Assembly: GCA_964451445.1 (NCBI GenBank)
Contig: CAYVIG010000001.1
Coordinates: 1-47,062, forward strand
Length of the DNA stretch: 47,062 nt
Direction of reading: 5' to 3'
Source: an uncultured Dehalococcoidia bacterium
GTDB taxonomy: Bacteria > Chloroflexota > Dehalococcoidia > Lucifugimonadales > UBA3495
Under the pieces are notes generated by a model. The model saw nothing but the letters and a program-made list of their open reading frames with translations. It was not told the origin of the DNA and made no database searches. This document shows, piece by piece, positions 8,492 to 16,414 of the stretch. Every line of letters begins with the position of its first letter. Position 1 is the first letter of the stretch. A program made the position numbers and the translations under genes.

Positions 8492-10762
8492 TTATTCTGT
8501 TTTATTTTCTTTTTTTTGGCTATCTTTTGCCTTATCTATCTCTCTGCGCATATCTTTCCTAAAGCCATCCATTTCAGCTTTCATCATACCTCTAAATAGC
8601 TTTTGCTGTCCTTCCGACTCTACAACGCCTTTTCTGACTTCCATTTCTCCAGATTTAATCTTATCCTTAATACCAGCTTGTACTAATTGACGTTCTAATG
8701 TTTCGATTGTTCCCTCTTTATCTTTTAAGGCTTCTTCCATTTGCGAGACTTGTGATGATAATTGTGAATATAATGACTTTCTCTTAGCTACTTGTTTTTT
8801 ACCTCTAATATCAGTTTCGGCTAACATAGCGATGTCATCTATTAAACCTGCCTGGAACCATCTAAAATATTCTTCTAATAAAGCCCACCTATTAAGTGGC
8901 ATAGAAGCTCCCGCTATAACCCTAACATCAAACTTTGAAGTTTCATAATCCATCCATCTACCTACGGCTTCCCCATAGTCGTTATAAATAGGTATGTTTA
9001 TTTCGACATCTTTCTCTTGAGCCTGTTCTATGGATTGACCAGCTTCTGGTTGTACTAGTCTAAATACTTTATTAGCAGTATAAGTCTTTTGTGCAACTTC
9101 CTTAAATACTCGACCTAAATGCTCTAAACAAGGCTCTACAATATTTGTCATCCAAGCCTTAATTCTCCTTGTACCGTACTCATCATTAGCTAATAAACCT
9201 CTATACGTTTCAGGTTGTTCTTTAGTATTCCCCATCATAGACGAATGAATACCACTAATATACTCCATATCCCCTTTACCTTCTTGGGTGATTGTATAAA
9301 AAGCATTGTTAATAGCTGCTGGCTGTACAGGTGTTGGAGGCTCAAAGCCTTGCCTATATTTTAATAAAGCACCTGGAGCAGATGAGTATTTTTCCCATTC
9401 TTCTTCAGGGACTGAACCCTCTTGATACATCCATCTCAGATTAGAAGCAAGATTTGCATTGTGAATCATAATCTGATGAGCTTTATTCACTTCTTGTTGT
9501 TTTCCTATAAGAGGAACAACTGCTGACATTGGATATGGTGTTCCAGTATACATATATGGGAATGGCACTAATGGATAATCAGGAATAGGCAATATATACT
9601 CATAAAGAAACATTTCTTCACCTACACTACAAGTTAATTGTATTCTAGATTGAAAAAATCTATTAGCTTCTAGAACTTGACTTGCAACAGCATCGTTTTC
9701 CATTAAAATTTTATACTCTTCCTCACTAACAATGCTAGTTTCAGTTCGAGAGGCTGCTTCTTGCATTTGTGAAGTCAATTGCATTTCCATTTGTTGTATA
9801 GACTCTTGAGCTTCCTTTTGAAACTTATCTTTTTCTAACTGTGCTCTTTCTTGAATTATTTCACCAGTTTGAACAGCTTCATCTAATTCAGTACTCTTTT
9901 CTTGAACTTGAACTGCTATTTCAGCTTGAAATTCTTGAAGTTGTACTTGTACATCCTGCTTGATTTGTTCCATTTCCTCTTTTGAAGGAGGAACTTTCAT
10001 AAGAACATTGTAGAAAGGAACTTTTATTTTTTTATAGCACTCATAGAAAGGAAGAACTTCATCATCTGAGCCATCTTCCTTGTATGTAGACTCAACATCT
10101 TCTGCTATAACGCTATCTCTATCTCCGAAATCAGTTCTTGAGAAGGACATCATATCGTGTTGACCAGCTGCTTTTTCAATTTTCGCTTTATAATCTGGAA
10201 GAAGAAGCTTTAATTGTGTTTTAGACATATTCTTCCTAATAATCATAAATGATGCATCTCTAAATAAGAAATCTCTACTCATTGGGTCTACAAATACATC
10301 AAAAGGCTCTACTCTTCTAAACACTACCTCACCTTTGCCCATATCAGCATTTTGGTCAACATCCATCATAAAGTAACCAACTCCCTTAGTGAGAGAGTCT
10401 AGTATAACATTGCTATATAAAGATTTTCCATTAGAATGATACCAACAATACTCAGCTACATCTGAATGAACTTGAGCAATATCTGAATCACTACCCTCAG
10501 CTCCGACTGCTTTCCATTTAGGGTTATTAGCAGTAACAAAATACTTCATTATCTCAATAACTGGAGTTATTCTATTTACAATAAAATCAGGCATACCTGA
10601 ATCTCTTAAGGCATCCTTTTCCTCAGTTGATAATTGTTCGTTTAAATAAAAATCATACCCTTGCTGTGCAACATGTTGCCATTTATCTCTTTGAGCAGTA
10701 TTTGCTCTTTTCCATAATTGGTGGTTTTCTTGAGCTTTTACTTTATTACTTTTTCTTGCCAT
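8492..10762 (-). CDS. Portal protein (756 aa)
   Basis: ORF track. Size and position (downstream of TerL, upstream of scaffold/capsid). Q/E-rich coiled segments and a basic C-terminal tail. No specific motif verified by eye. Confidence 0.7.
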   Translation of the reverse strand: MARKSNKVKAQENHQLWKRANTAQRDKWQHVAQQGYDFYLNEQLSTEEKDALRDSGMPDFIVNRITPVIEIMKYFVTANNPKWKAVGAEGSDSDIAQVHSDVAEYCWYHSNGKSLYSNVILDSLTKGVGYFMMDVDQNADMGKGEVVFRRVEPFDVFVDPMSRDFLFRDASFMIIRKNMSKTQLKLLLPDYKAKIEKAAGQHDMMSFSRTDFGDRDSVIAEDVESTYKEDGSDDEVLPFYECYKKIKVPFYNVLMKVPPSKEEMEQIKQDVQVQLQEFQAEIAVQVQEKSTELDEAVQTGEIIQERAQLEKDKFQKEAQESIQQMEMQLTSQMQEAASRTETSIVSEEEYKILMENDAVASQVLEANRFFQSRIQLTCSVGEEMFLYEYILPIPDYPLVPFPYMYTGTPYPMSAVVPLIGKQQEVNKAHQIMIHNANLASNLRWMYQEGSVPEEEWEKYSSAPGALLKYRQGFEPPTPVQPAAINNAFYTITQEGKGDMEYISGIHSSMMGNTKEQPETYRGLLANDEYGTRRIKAWMTNIVEPCLEHLGRVFKEVAQKTYTANKVFRLVQPEAGQSIEQAQEKDVEINIPIYNDYGEAVGRWMDYETSKFDVRVIAGASMPLNRWALLEEYFRWFQAGLIDDIAMLAETDIRGKKQVAKRKSLYSQLSSQVSQMEEALKDKEGTIETLERQLVQAGIKDKIKSGEMEVRKGVVESEGQQKLFRGMMKAEMDGFRKDMRREIDKAKDSQKKENKTE

Positions 10763-11250
10763 TATGTTAAATATTTCCTACAAGCATCAACAAAATGCTC
10801 AGGATTCCCTTTCCCTTGCTCTGTGTTATAATATTTTTTCCAGTAATTTGCCATTCCTTCAATCGAGTTAGGCATACGCTTTGGTACTCTCCAATATTTT
10901 AACCTACAATGAATAATAGATGCAGCTATATTCTTTTCTAATATCTCTTCCCATAATTTCTCATCAAAATTTTGCCAATGCTTTAAATCAACATAACTAG
11001 CCTCTGCACACTTTTGCATTAATTTCGGGCGATGCTTAAGATAGTGAGCTAGGTTATCTACAGCGGTCGCGGCTTCGACCTGCCAGAACGACCTCGCGGG
11101 ACCGTCTCCCATTTGCCTTAAATACTCATATCTACTTTCAACAATTCCAGTAGCCACTACTAACCTAACCGCATCATCAGAAGCATATTTACTACCTAAA
11201 GATGAGCAAGTCTGTTTTACAAGTGACTCAACTTGTTTTATACTAATCAT
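10762..11250 (-). CDS. Lysozyme-like / lytic-transglycosylase-like protein (162 aa)
   Basis: ORF track. ..ATGIVESRYEYLRQMGDGPARSFWQVE.. resembles the SLT catalytic E-S ... G-x-x-G-x-x-Q block. The assignment is by eye only. Confidence 0.45.
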   Translation of the reverse strand: MISIKQVESLVKQTCSSLGSKYASDDAVRLVVATGIVESRYEYLRQMGDGPARSFWQVEAATAVDNLAHYLKHRPKLMQKCAEASYVDLKHWQNFDEKLWEEILEKNIAASIIHCRLKYWRVPKRMPNSIEGMANYWKKYYNTEQGKGNPEHFVDACRKYLT

Positions 11251-11330
11251 GAGTTATTTATCTCCTTCACGTGCAAACCATAAAAGAACACGAAACTTTA
11301 TCTTAAGATAACAGTTCTTTATTGCGACAA

Positions 11331-12902
11331 TCATGCGACTATCCAAGCCTTTGCCTTACGTTTAGGCTTATACCACTCTTTTTCTTTATTCTGAGCATAA
11401 TTTGGTGGAAATGCGTGCAGATTTGCGTAATAAAGTGATTCAATCGTGTCATCATGAGCCATTCTCGGACCGAAAGTAACGATTTCGTTGATTAAATCAA
11501 ACATATTCTCCCTTAAATGCACAGTTCCCATACTGAATCTACCACTTAAACCGCTATATATTCTATTTCTTTTCTGCGTTCCACCAGGTTTTTGAGGTAT
11601 AACAGATATATCGAACCTATTTATACGTCTTCTCTCATCATTTAATGCTTGAAAGATAGAACGATTCATAGCCACATCTTCAACAGTAGCTGATGCACAT
11701 TGGTATTTTTTGTATAAATCTATAATAAAATCAACAACTCCCTTCTTTCCTCTGAGAGTTCCATCTGGTCTTTTTGCTCCAATAGTGGGTATACTTCTAT
11801 GCCGTTCGTATTCCAATACATAAAGATTGTTATCAATATCGATAGCAATAACCATAATAACAGAAAAATCACTTTCTTTAGTATCAATATCTGTCGCTGG
11901 GTCGCAGCCAATGAACGTGTTAACTGGAGTAGCCTCGCCACCAATGACAATGTAATTGACTCCCTCTTCATTTTTATAATACCCTTCCCAGTCTTTGATA
12001 TGAGAACGCAACCATACCGAATCTTCGGCTGATTGAACTTCCATCATATATTCTTGATAGAACTTTGAGGGTGTGCCAGAGTCTTGGTAGAATTTCTTTT
12101 TTTCGTCTAGCTTTGTAATAGGAAACCATGATGCCCATAGTGGTGTACCGTCTTTTTGTATTGCTTTATAGGTAATTACTCTCCAAGAGAACTCATCTTT
12201 AGATTTTTTACCCTTTTTGAAACGTTCATAATTGATGATGAGATTATTAATAAAACTATCATAGTGAACTGGAGTGCCATTAACACGAAGACGACCAGTA
12301 TGAGGCTCAAGGGCAGGATAAACAACAGCGGTAACGAGATTAGCATTTTTAGCCCGTGCTTCCTGTGTAATCGTATTTTGTTCGTGTTCAAAATCGTCAA
12401 GTATGATAAGGTCGTATCTTCTATGAAGCTTTGCACCCCCTCTAATGCCTGCAACATTTGATTTTGAAATGAGTTTACATCCATTGGCTAACTCTATGTC
12501 TTCTTCTGTCCATTTCTTTCCTTTCAGAGAACCAAAATAATATTTAATACTCTCATTGTACTCTAAATGATACTTAATATAATCCATATTGCCCACAGAA
12601 AGTTTCTGCGTTGCAGCAACCCATGCGTAAAAGTGCATATCGTCTTGAGGACAAAATACAAAATCTTTTATAATAGATGCTTTAGTTAAAACAGTTTTCC
12701 CATGACCTCTAGGCAGAATAATAGCAAGTTGCTTTGCATCATGGTCATCAATTGCATCAGCCATTTCATAATGAAAGTGCGGCGTTTCACTTCGCAGGAA
12801 ATCATCTGGTAAGAATAATTTCCCAAATGCAATTAAGTCACTTTTTGCTAGTCTTAGTGCGTTTTCCGCTTGGCTCATCTTCTGGCTGTTTATATTTGCC
12901 AT
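11331..12902 (-). CDS. terL: Terminase large subunit (523 aa)
   Basis: Walker A is LPRGHGKTV and Walker B is YDLIILDDFEHE. RNase-H-like nuclease Asp motifs are IGCDPATD, SDFSVIMVIAID and AHDDTIESL. GAGGA SD precedes the ATG at 12902. Confidence 0.92.
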   Translation of the reverse strand: MANINSQKMSQAENALRLAKSDLIAFGKLFLPDDFLRSETPHFHYEMADAIDDHDAKQLAIILPRGHGKTVLTKASIIKDFVFCPQDDMHFYAWVAATQKLSVGNMDYIKYHLEYNESIKYYFGSLKGKKWTEEDIELANGCKLISKSNVAGIRGGAKLHRRYDLIILDDFEHEQNTITQEARAKNANLVTAVVYPALEPHTGRLRVNGTPVHYDSFINNLIINYERFKKGKKSKDEFSWRVITYKAIQKDGTPLWASWFPITKLDEKKKFYQDSGTPSKFYQEYMMEVQSAEDSVWLRSHIKDWEGYYKNEEGVNYIVIGGEATPVNTFIGCDPATDIDTKESDFSVIMVIAIDIDNNLYVLEYERHRSIPTIGAKRPDGTLRGKKGVVDFIIDLYKKYQCASATVEDVAMNRSIFQALNDERRRINRFDISVIPQKPGGTQKRNRIYSGLSGRFSMGTVHLRENMFDLINEIVTFGPRMAHDDTIESLYYANLHAFPPNYAQNKEKEWYKPKRKAKAWIVA

Positions 12903-13080
12903 CTAGATATTCCTCAAATTTATCCATATTTTTATTAAATAAAATATAATCACCTAGTATCCTATCTACGTCATCTAACCTTTGAGATAACAAAGAAGTG
13001 TGCTGAATTAAGCCTTGTATAGCTCTTACTATATCAGACTTAGTTAAGCTCTTTCTTCCAGGCATTTTTATATTACTCAT
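12838..13080 (-). CDS. Hypothetical protein (80 aa); candidate small terminase subunit by position only
   Basis: ORF track. Lies directly upstream of terL and overlaps it by 65 nt. Helical N-terminal part and basic C-terminal tail. Confidence 0.55.
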   Translation of the reverse strand: MSNIKMPGRKSLTKSDIVRAIQGLIQHTSLLSQRLDDVDRILGDYILFNKNMDKFEEYLDGKYKQPEDEPSGKRTKTSKK

Positions 13081-13211
13081 CCTTGTCCTCTTTTCTTTTT
13101 TACATAATATTTCTTGCTATTCTTCATACCGAACTTAGAGCCTCTCCCCTGCCCTTGTCTTGTTTTCTTAACACCCTTTCTAGGGGTATAATCCTCAACT
13201 ATTCTATTCAT
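13077..13211 (-). CDS. Small highly basic protein (44 aa), not in the ORF track
   Basis: My translation: MNRIVEDYTPRKGVKKTRQGQGRGSKFGMKNSKKYYVKKKRGQG. Its stop overlaps the next start (ATGA at 13077-13080). Its ATG overlaps the end of the upstream ORF by 8 nt. It fills an otherwise empty 123-nt gap. Confidence 0.45.
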   Translation of the reverse strand: MNRIVEDYTPRKGVKKTRQGQGRGSKFGMKNSKKYYVKKKRGQG

Positions 13212-13389
13212 TTGTCATCTTCTCTGGAACATCCATTCCTTTGATAATTGAAATCATTCTTTCAATATATCGAACATGACGAGATGATAGAACATAAAGG
13301 TTGCTAGGCAACTCACGAGAATATTGTTTTAAATCTCTAATTGCAACGTCTAAAGGAAGCTTTGTTCCTGGGTCTAGTTTTCCCAACAC
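13204..13389 (-). CDS. Hypothetical protein (61 aa)
   Basis: ORF track. Overlaps the upstream phosphoesterase gene by 16 nt and lies within the operon. Confidence 0.55.
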   Translation of the reverse strand: MLGKLDPGTKLPLDVAIRDLKQYSRELPSNLYVLSSRHVRYIERMISIIKGMDVPEKMTNE

Positions 13390-14252
13390 TTTATCCCATC
13401 TTCACTAAATTCCATAGTAATCCATCCAGTTCTAACTATTGGATACATTGAATACCTAGCGTACTCAGCGTACCTTAAGAAAGAACCTCCTCGAACATAC
13501 CATCTCCTATGTAAACTCTCCTCGCCTCCTTCAATGCGTAGAGAATCTATTGGTTTAGCATAGAGTTGATGATTGTGACCTAAGAAGAATACATCTCCTT
13601 GAGAATAGACAGCTGCTAACTTATCTAATTCTAAATCACCATTTTTAGCACCACTCTTGCCATGAGCACTTACAAGATTCCAAGCCTTTCCTCTTACGAC
13701 TATCTGAGAATATCCTGGCATCCTAAAGTAAGGTACGTTCATTTCATTTGCGATTATTTTACAAATGTCTAAGTCTAAAATATTAAAACTTCTTAAGAAA
13801 TCGTGATTACCACCTCTAATAAACAAGCATTTATCTTTTATGGTTCTTACTAAATCTATAAATGTTAGATATTGTTCATCAGGTGGAATCTCCTGCCCTC
13901 TCTGACTAATCTTGTAATTAGGTGGTATTAGTTCTAATAAGTCACCATTACCAAACCAAACAGCATTATCATCTTCATAAATAGCTTTTACTGCTTGTTG
14001 AAATTTTTCTAAATCAAATTCATTTGCACCAACATGAACATCAGTTAACCCATGAACCCTAACTACTTTATCTGATTCGTAGCGAAATACACTGCCAGGG
14101 CTAACTTCTTTATATTCTTTAATCTCAGATTCAAGTGGTACAGAAAAGTACCTTTTACAAGACTTGCATCGATATTGTTGTGCATTACCCTTTTTATACT
14201 TTTTTACGCCATCTTTTTTAACATATAGGCTAGAACATCTAGGACATACCAT
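13374..14252 (-). CDS. Zn-ribbon-fused calcineurin-like metallophosphoesterase (292 aa)
   Basis: N-terminal CPRC-x22-CKSC zinc ribbon. The metallophosphoesterase motifs occur in canonical order: TDVHVG (DxH), GNGDLLE (GD), GGNHD (GNHD/E), AHGK (H), GHNH (GHxH). Confidence 0.85.
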   Translation of the reverse strand: MVCPRCSSLYVKKDGVKKYKKGNAQQYRCKSCKRYFSVPLESEIKEYKEVSPGSVFRYESDKVVRVHGLTDVHVGANEFDLEKFQQAVKAIYEDDNAVWFGNGDLLELIPPNYKISQRGQEIPPDEQYLTFIDLVRTIKDKCLFIRGGNHDFLRSFNILDLDICKIIANEMNVPYFRMPGYSQIVVRGKAWNLVSAHGKSGAKNGDLELDKLAAVYSQGDVFFLGHNHQLYAKPIDSLRIEGGEESLHRRWYVRGGSFLRYAEYARYSMYPIVRTGWITMEFSEDGIKCWEN

Positions 14253-15028
14253 TATTTAGAATCCTTTCCTGAACCTATCATCTTTCTTTCTACATTCTCA
14301 ATCTGTTCAGGAGTAAAGCCACTAAATAGCCCTACAACGCCACTTTCTACTTTTCTAACTCCACCACCTAGAGTACCTATTGCCTTACCCATTTCTTTTA
14401 ATGATTGCAAAGCAATATTCTCATCAGCAGATGTTTCAGCTAATAATTTTAAACTTCTAAAGATGTATTCATGGTCTACGCCCATCTCTTTTGCTACATC
14501 CATTACACTTTTTTCAACTTCTTTCATAACTCTATCCTGTTTTAGTAATACGGCTGCTTTATTCTTGGCTTTATCGTGACTAAGCTCTCCATAAGCATCC
14601 ATGTATGATTTAACAGCCCCCATCCCAACGGCAACATTGGTAGCAAAAATCTTCTCCTTTTTAGTAACTTTCTCACGTTCTTTTACACGAGAGTTAGTAT
14701 TTTTAATATTCTTGCTGAATGTATACCTATTAGGATGAGAGCTGAAGTCTGTGTCCATTTTGGTATTTTTGTGCATGAGAAAAGTTCCCACAACAGTTCT
14801 AACCCACCCCGTTGCATATTTATAATTTTTACTATCTGAGGGATGTTTGATATTTCTTGAAACTTTTAATAATTGGACAACCTTTCCATCGTCTGATAAG
14901 ACCCAATCATCTTGATTGCCTTCTCGCCATTTATAAACTAAATCTTCTTCTGAGTCTGTTGCCTTTTTCCATTCATCAATATCATCATAGACAAAATGCT
15001 CAACTCCTTTAATTTTTCTCGATTGCAT
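14252..15028 (-). CDS. Hypothetical protein (258 aa); C-terminal half resembles a small-terminase-type DNA-binding region
   Basis: ORF track. ..ATNVAVGMGAVKSYMDAYGELSHDKAKNKAAVLLKQDRVMKEVE.. resembles the HTH stretch of Terminase_2-type small subunits. The resemblance is weak and judged by eye. Confidence 0.35.
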   Translation of the reverse strand: MQSRKIKGVEHFVYDDIDEWKKATDSEEDLVYKWREGNQDDWVLSDDGKVVQLLKVSRNIKHPSDSKNYKYATGWVRTVVGTFLMHKNTKMDTDFSSHPNRYTFSKNIKNTNSRVKEREKVTKKEKIFATNVAVGMGAVKSYMDAYGELSHDKAKNKAAVLLKQDRVMKEVEKSVMDVAKEMGVDHEYIFRSLKLLAETSADENIALQSLKEMGKAIGTLGGGVRKVESGVVGLFSGFTPEQIENVERKMIGSGKDSK

Positions 15029-15218
15029 CTTTCGGGATGGTTTTATCCTGTATTTGTAACCACAAAGAATCTATTAACCCAGCAACAGGCGTTGGTATAT
15101 GATATACTATGCCATCAACTTCAATAGGGCAGAGTTCTTCGGTATTAGCCAAAGATTCAAGCATTTTCTCTTGCTCTTCTTTTGATAGGTTAACTAACCA
15201 ATCGATGGAGGTAGGCAT
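15009..15218 (-). CDS. Hypothetical acidic protein (69 aa)
   Basis: ORF track. 20-nt overlap with the downstream gene. Confidence 0.55.
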   Translation of the reverse strand: MPTSIDWLVNLSKEEQEKMLESLANTEELCPIEVDGIVYHIPTPVAGLIDSLWLQIQDKTIPKDAIEKN

Positions 15219-15232
15219 TATGAATAGTCTTT

Positions 15233-15451
15233 TTATTTCTTAGCTGCAACTGTTTTCTTCTCTTTCTTTCTTTTCTTTATATTACTTTCTTTTCTTTCTT
15301 TCTCTTCTTTTACAATTTCAGCTGCCATTTGCTTGGCTAATTTTAAGACAGTATCCCTTTTTTCTTTGGCAGATTTAGCCTCTGTTCGGGCTACGCCAGT
15401 TGATGCCTCATTTCCAGATAATTGCTTAGATGTTATATATCCGTCGCTCAT
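15233..15451 (-). CDS. Hypothetical Lys-rich protein (72 aa); first gene of the leftward arm
   Basis: ORF track. Borders the divergent control region. Confidence 0.55.
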   Translation of the reverse strand: MSDGYITSKQLSGNEASTGVARTEAKSAKEKRDTVLKLAKQMAAEIVKEEKERKESNIKKRKKEKKTVAAKK

Positions 15452-15631
15452 ATACCAAACTTAAAGCTATACCCAGGTGATTTACAAGAAAAATTGTAGC
15501 ATTTTGAACTGCGCTCTTATTCTCTTATAGTACCCCTTTAAAAGGGTTTTTCCTATCTGACTTTTACGTTAATTTCTATTTATTTATCCCTGTTGAAAGT
15601 TTTAATTGTTAACTTAAACGAAGGAGAAGAT

Positions 15632-15874
15632 ATGAGCTTTCGAATACAATCAGGTAGGCAGTATCCTGACAACATCAATATGTCAAATGTTAAGAGTGTG
15701 TCACCAGAGTTCTTAGAGACTCTTGAAGCACTTATGATTAGTAAGCTATCTAAGGAAGGCTCAGCCTCCGAAGTAACAAGCTTATACGCTGCTATGTCTA
15801 GCAACGCTAGTGTTCAAGTAGAGTTGGAAGAGCTAAAGCAACAACTCAAAGCACTTAAGAAGGCTAGAAAGTAA
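15632..15874 (+). CDS. Hypothetical early protein (80 aa)
   Basis: The ORF track frame 15593..15874 begins at a TTG. I prefer the ATG at 15632, which lies 5 nt after AAGGAG. Confidence 0.65.
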   Translation: MSFRIQSGRQYPDNINMSNVKSVSPEFLETLEALMISKLSKEGSASEVTSLYAAMSSNASVQVELEELKQQLKALKKARK

Positions 15875-16143
15875 TTAATGCATCCTCTAACAGCAGAGGG
15901 AAACCCAACCGATTGGAGCATCCTCTTGCATTAGTGTGATACGTTTGTGTTGAGTGGGATTAGTTTCCCACTTAGCACTGTTACTGTACTTATTTACCTT
16001 ATCCAGTGTAATAATACAACAATAGTAAGGATTTGTCGTTATTATCGTACTCTTACCCAGAGATTAGATAAAGACAGGCATAACGCTATATAAACTACTT
16101 ATTCTTACATAACTTGGGTTAAAACATGAAAAGGAGGCATCTT

Positions 16144-16377
16144 ATGTTGAAATACACTAGTAAGAACATTACAATAGATGACTTAGCTCATAATCCTGCA
16201 CCTGTTTGGAGTCTGTTTCATAAGACTACTAGGGAGTGGCATAATGAGTTGATGGATAAGAATGATGGCAAAGACTTAGTAGAGCTTAGAGACCGTGAAA
16301 TGGTTAATGAGTTCTATCTAATCAAACGGGACACGTGGCATGTACTTGAACCTCTTATCAAATTATTAGAGAGGTAG
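16144..16377 (+). CDS. Hypothetical early protein (77 aa)
   Basis: ORF track frame 16126..16377. I prefer the ATG at 16144, which lies 7 nt after AAGGAGG. Confidence 0.65.
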   Translation: MLKYTSKNITIDDLAHNPAPVWSLFHKTTREWHNELMDKNDGKDLVELRDREMVNEFYLIKRDTWHVLEPLIKLLER

Positions 16378-16388
16378 TATCTAATTGC

Positions 16389-16414
16389 GGGCAGATGACA
16401 CCTGTTGTCTGCCC
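16389..16414 (+). terminator. Intrinsic-terminator-like hairpin after the second early gene
   Basis: GGGCAGAUGAC-acct-GUUGUCUGCCC forms an 11-bp stem (2 G.U pairs) with a GC-rich base and a tetraloop. It is followed by an interrupted U tract, UAUCCAUUUAAUUU. Confidence 0.55.
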
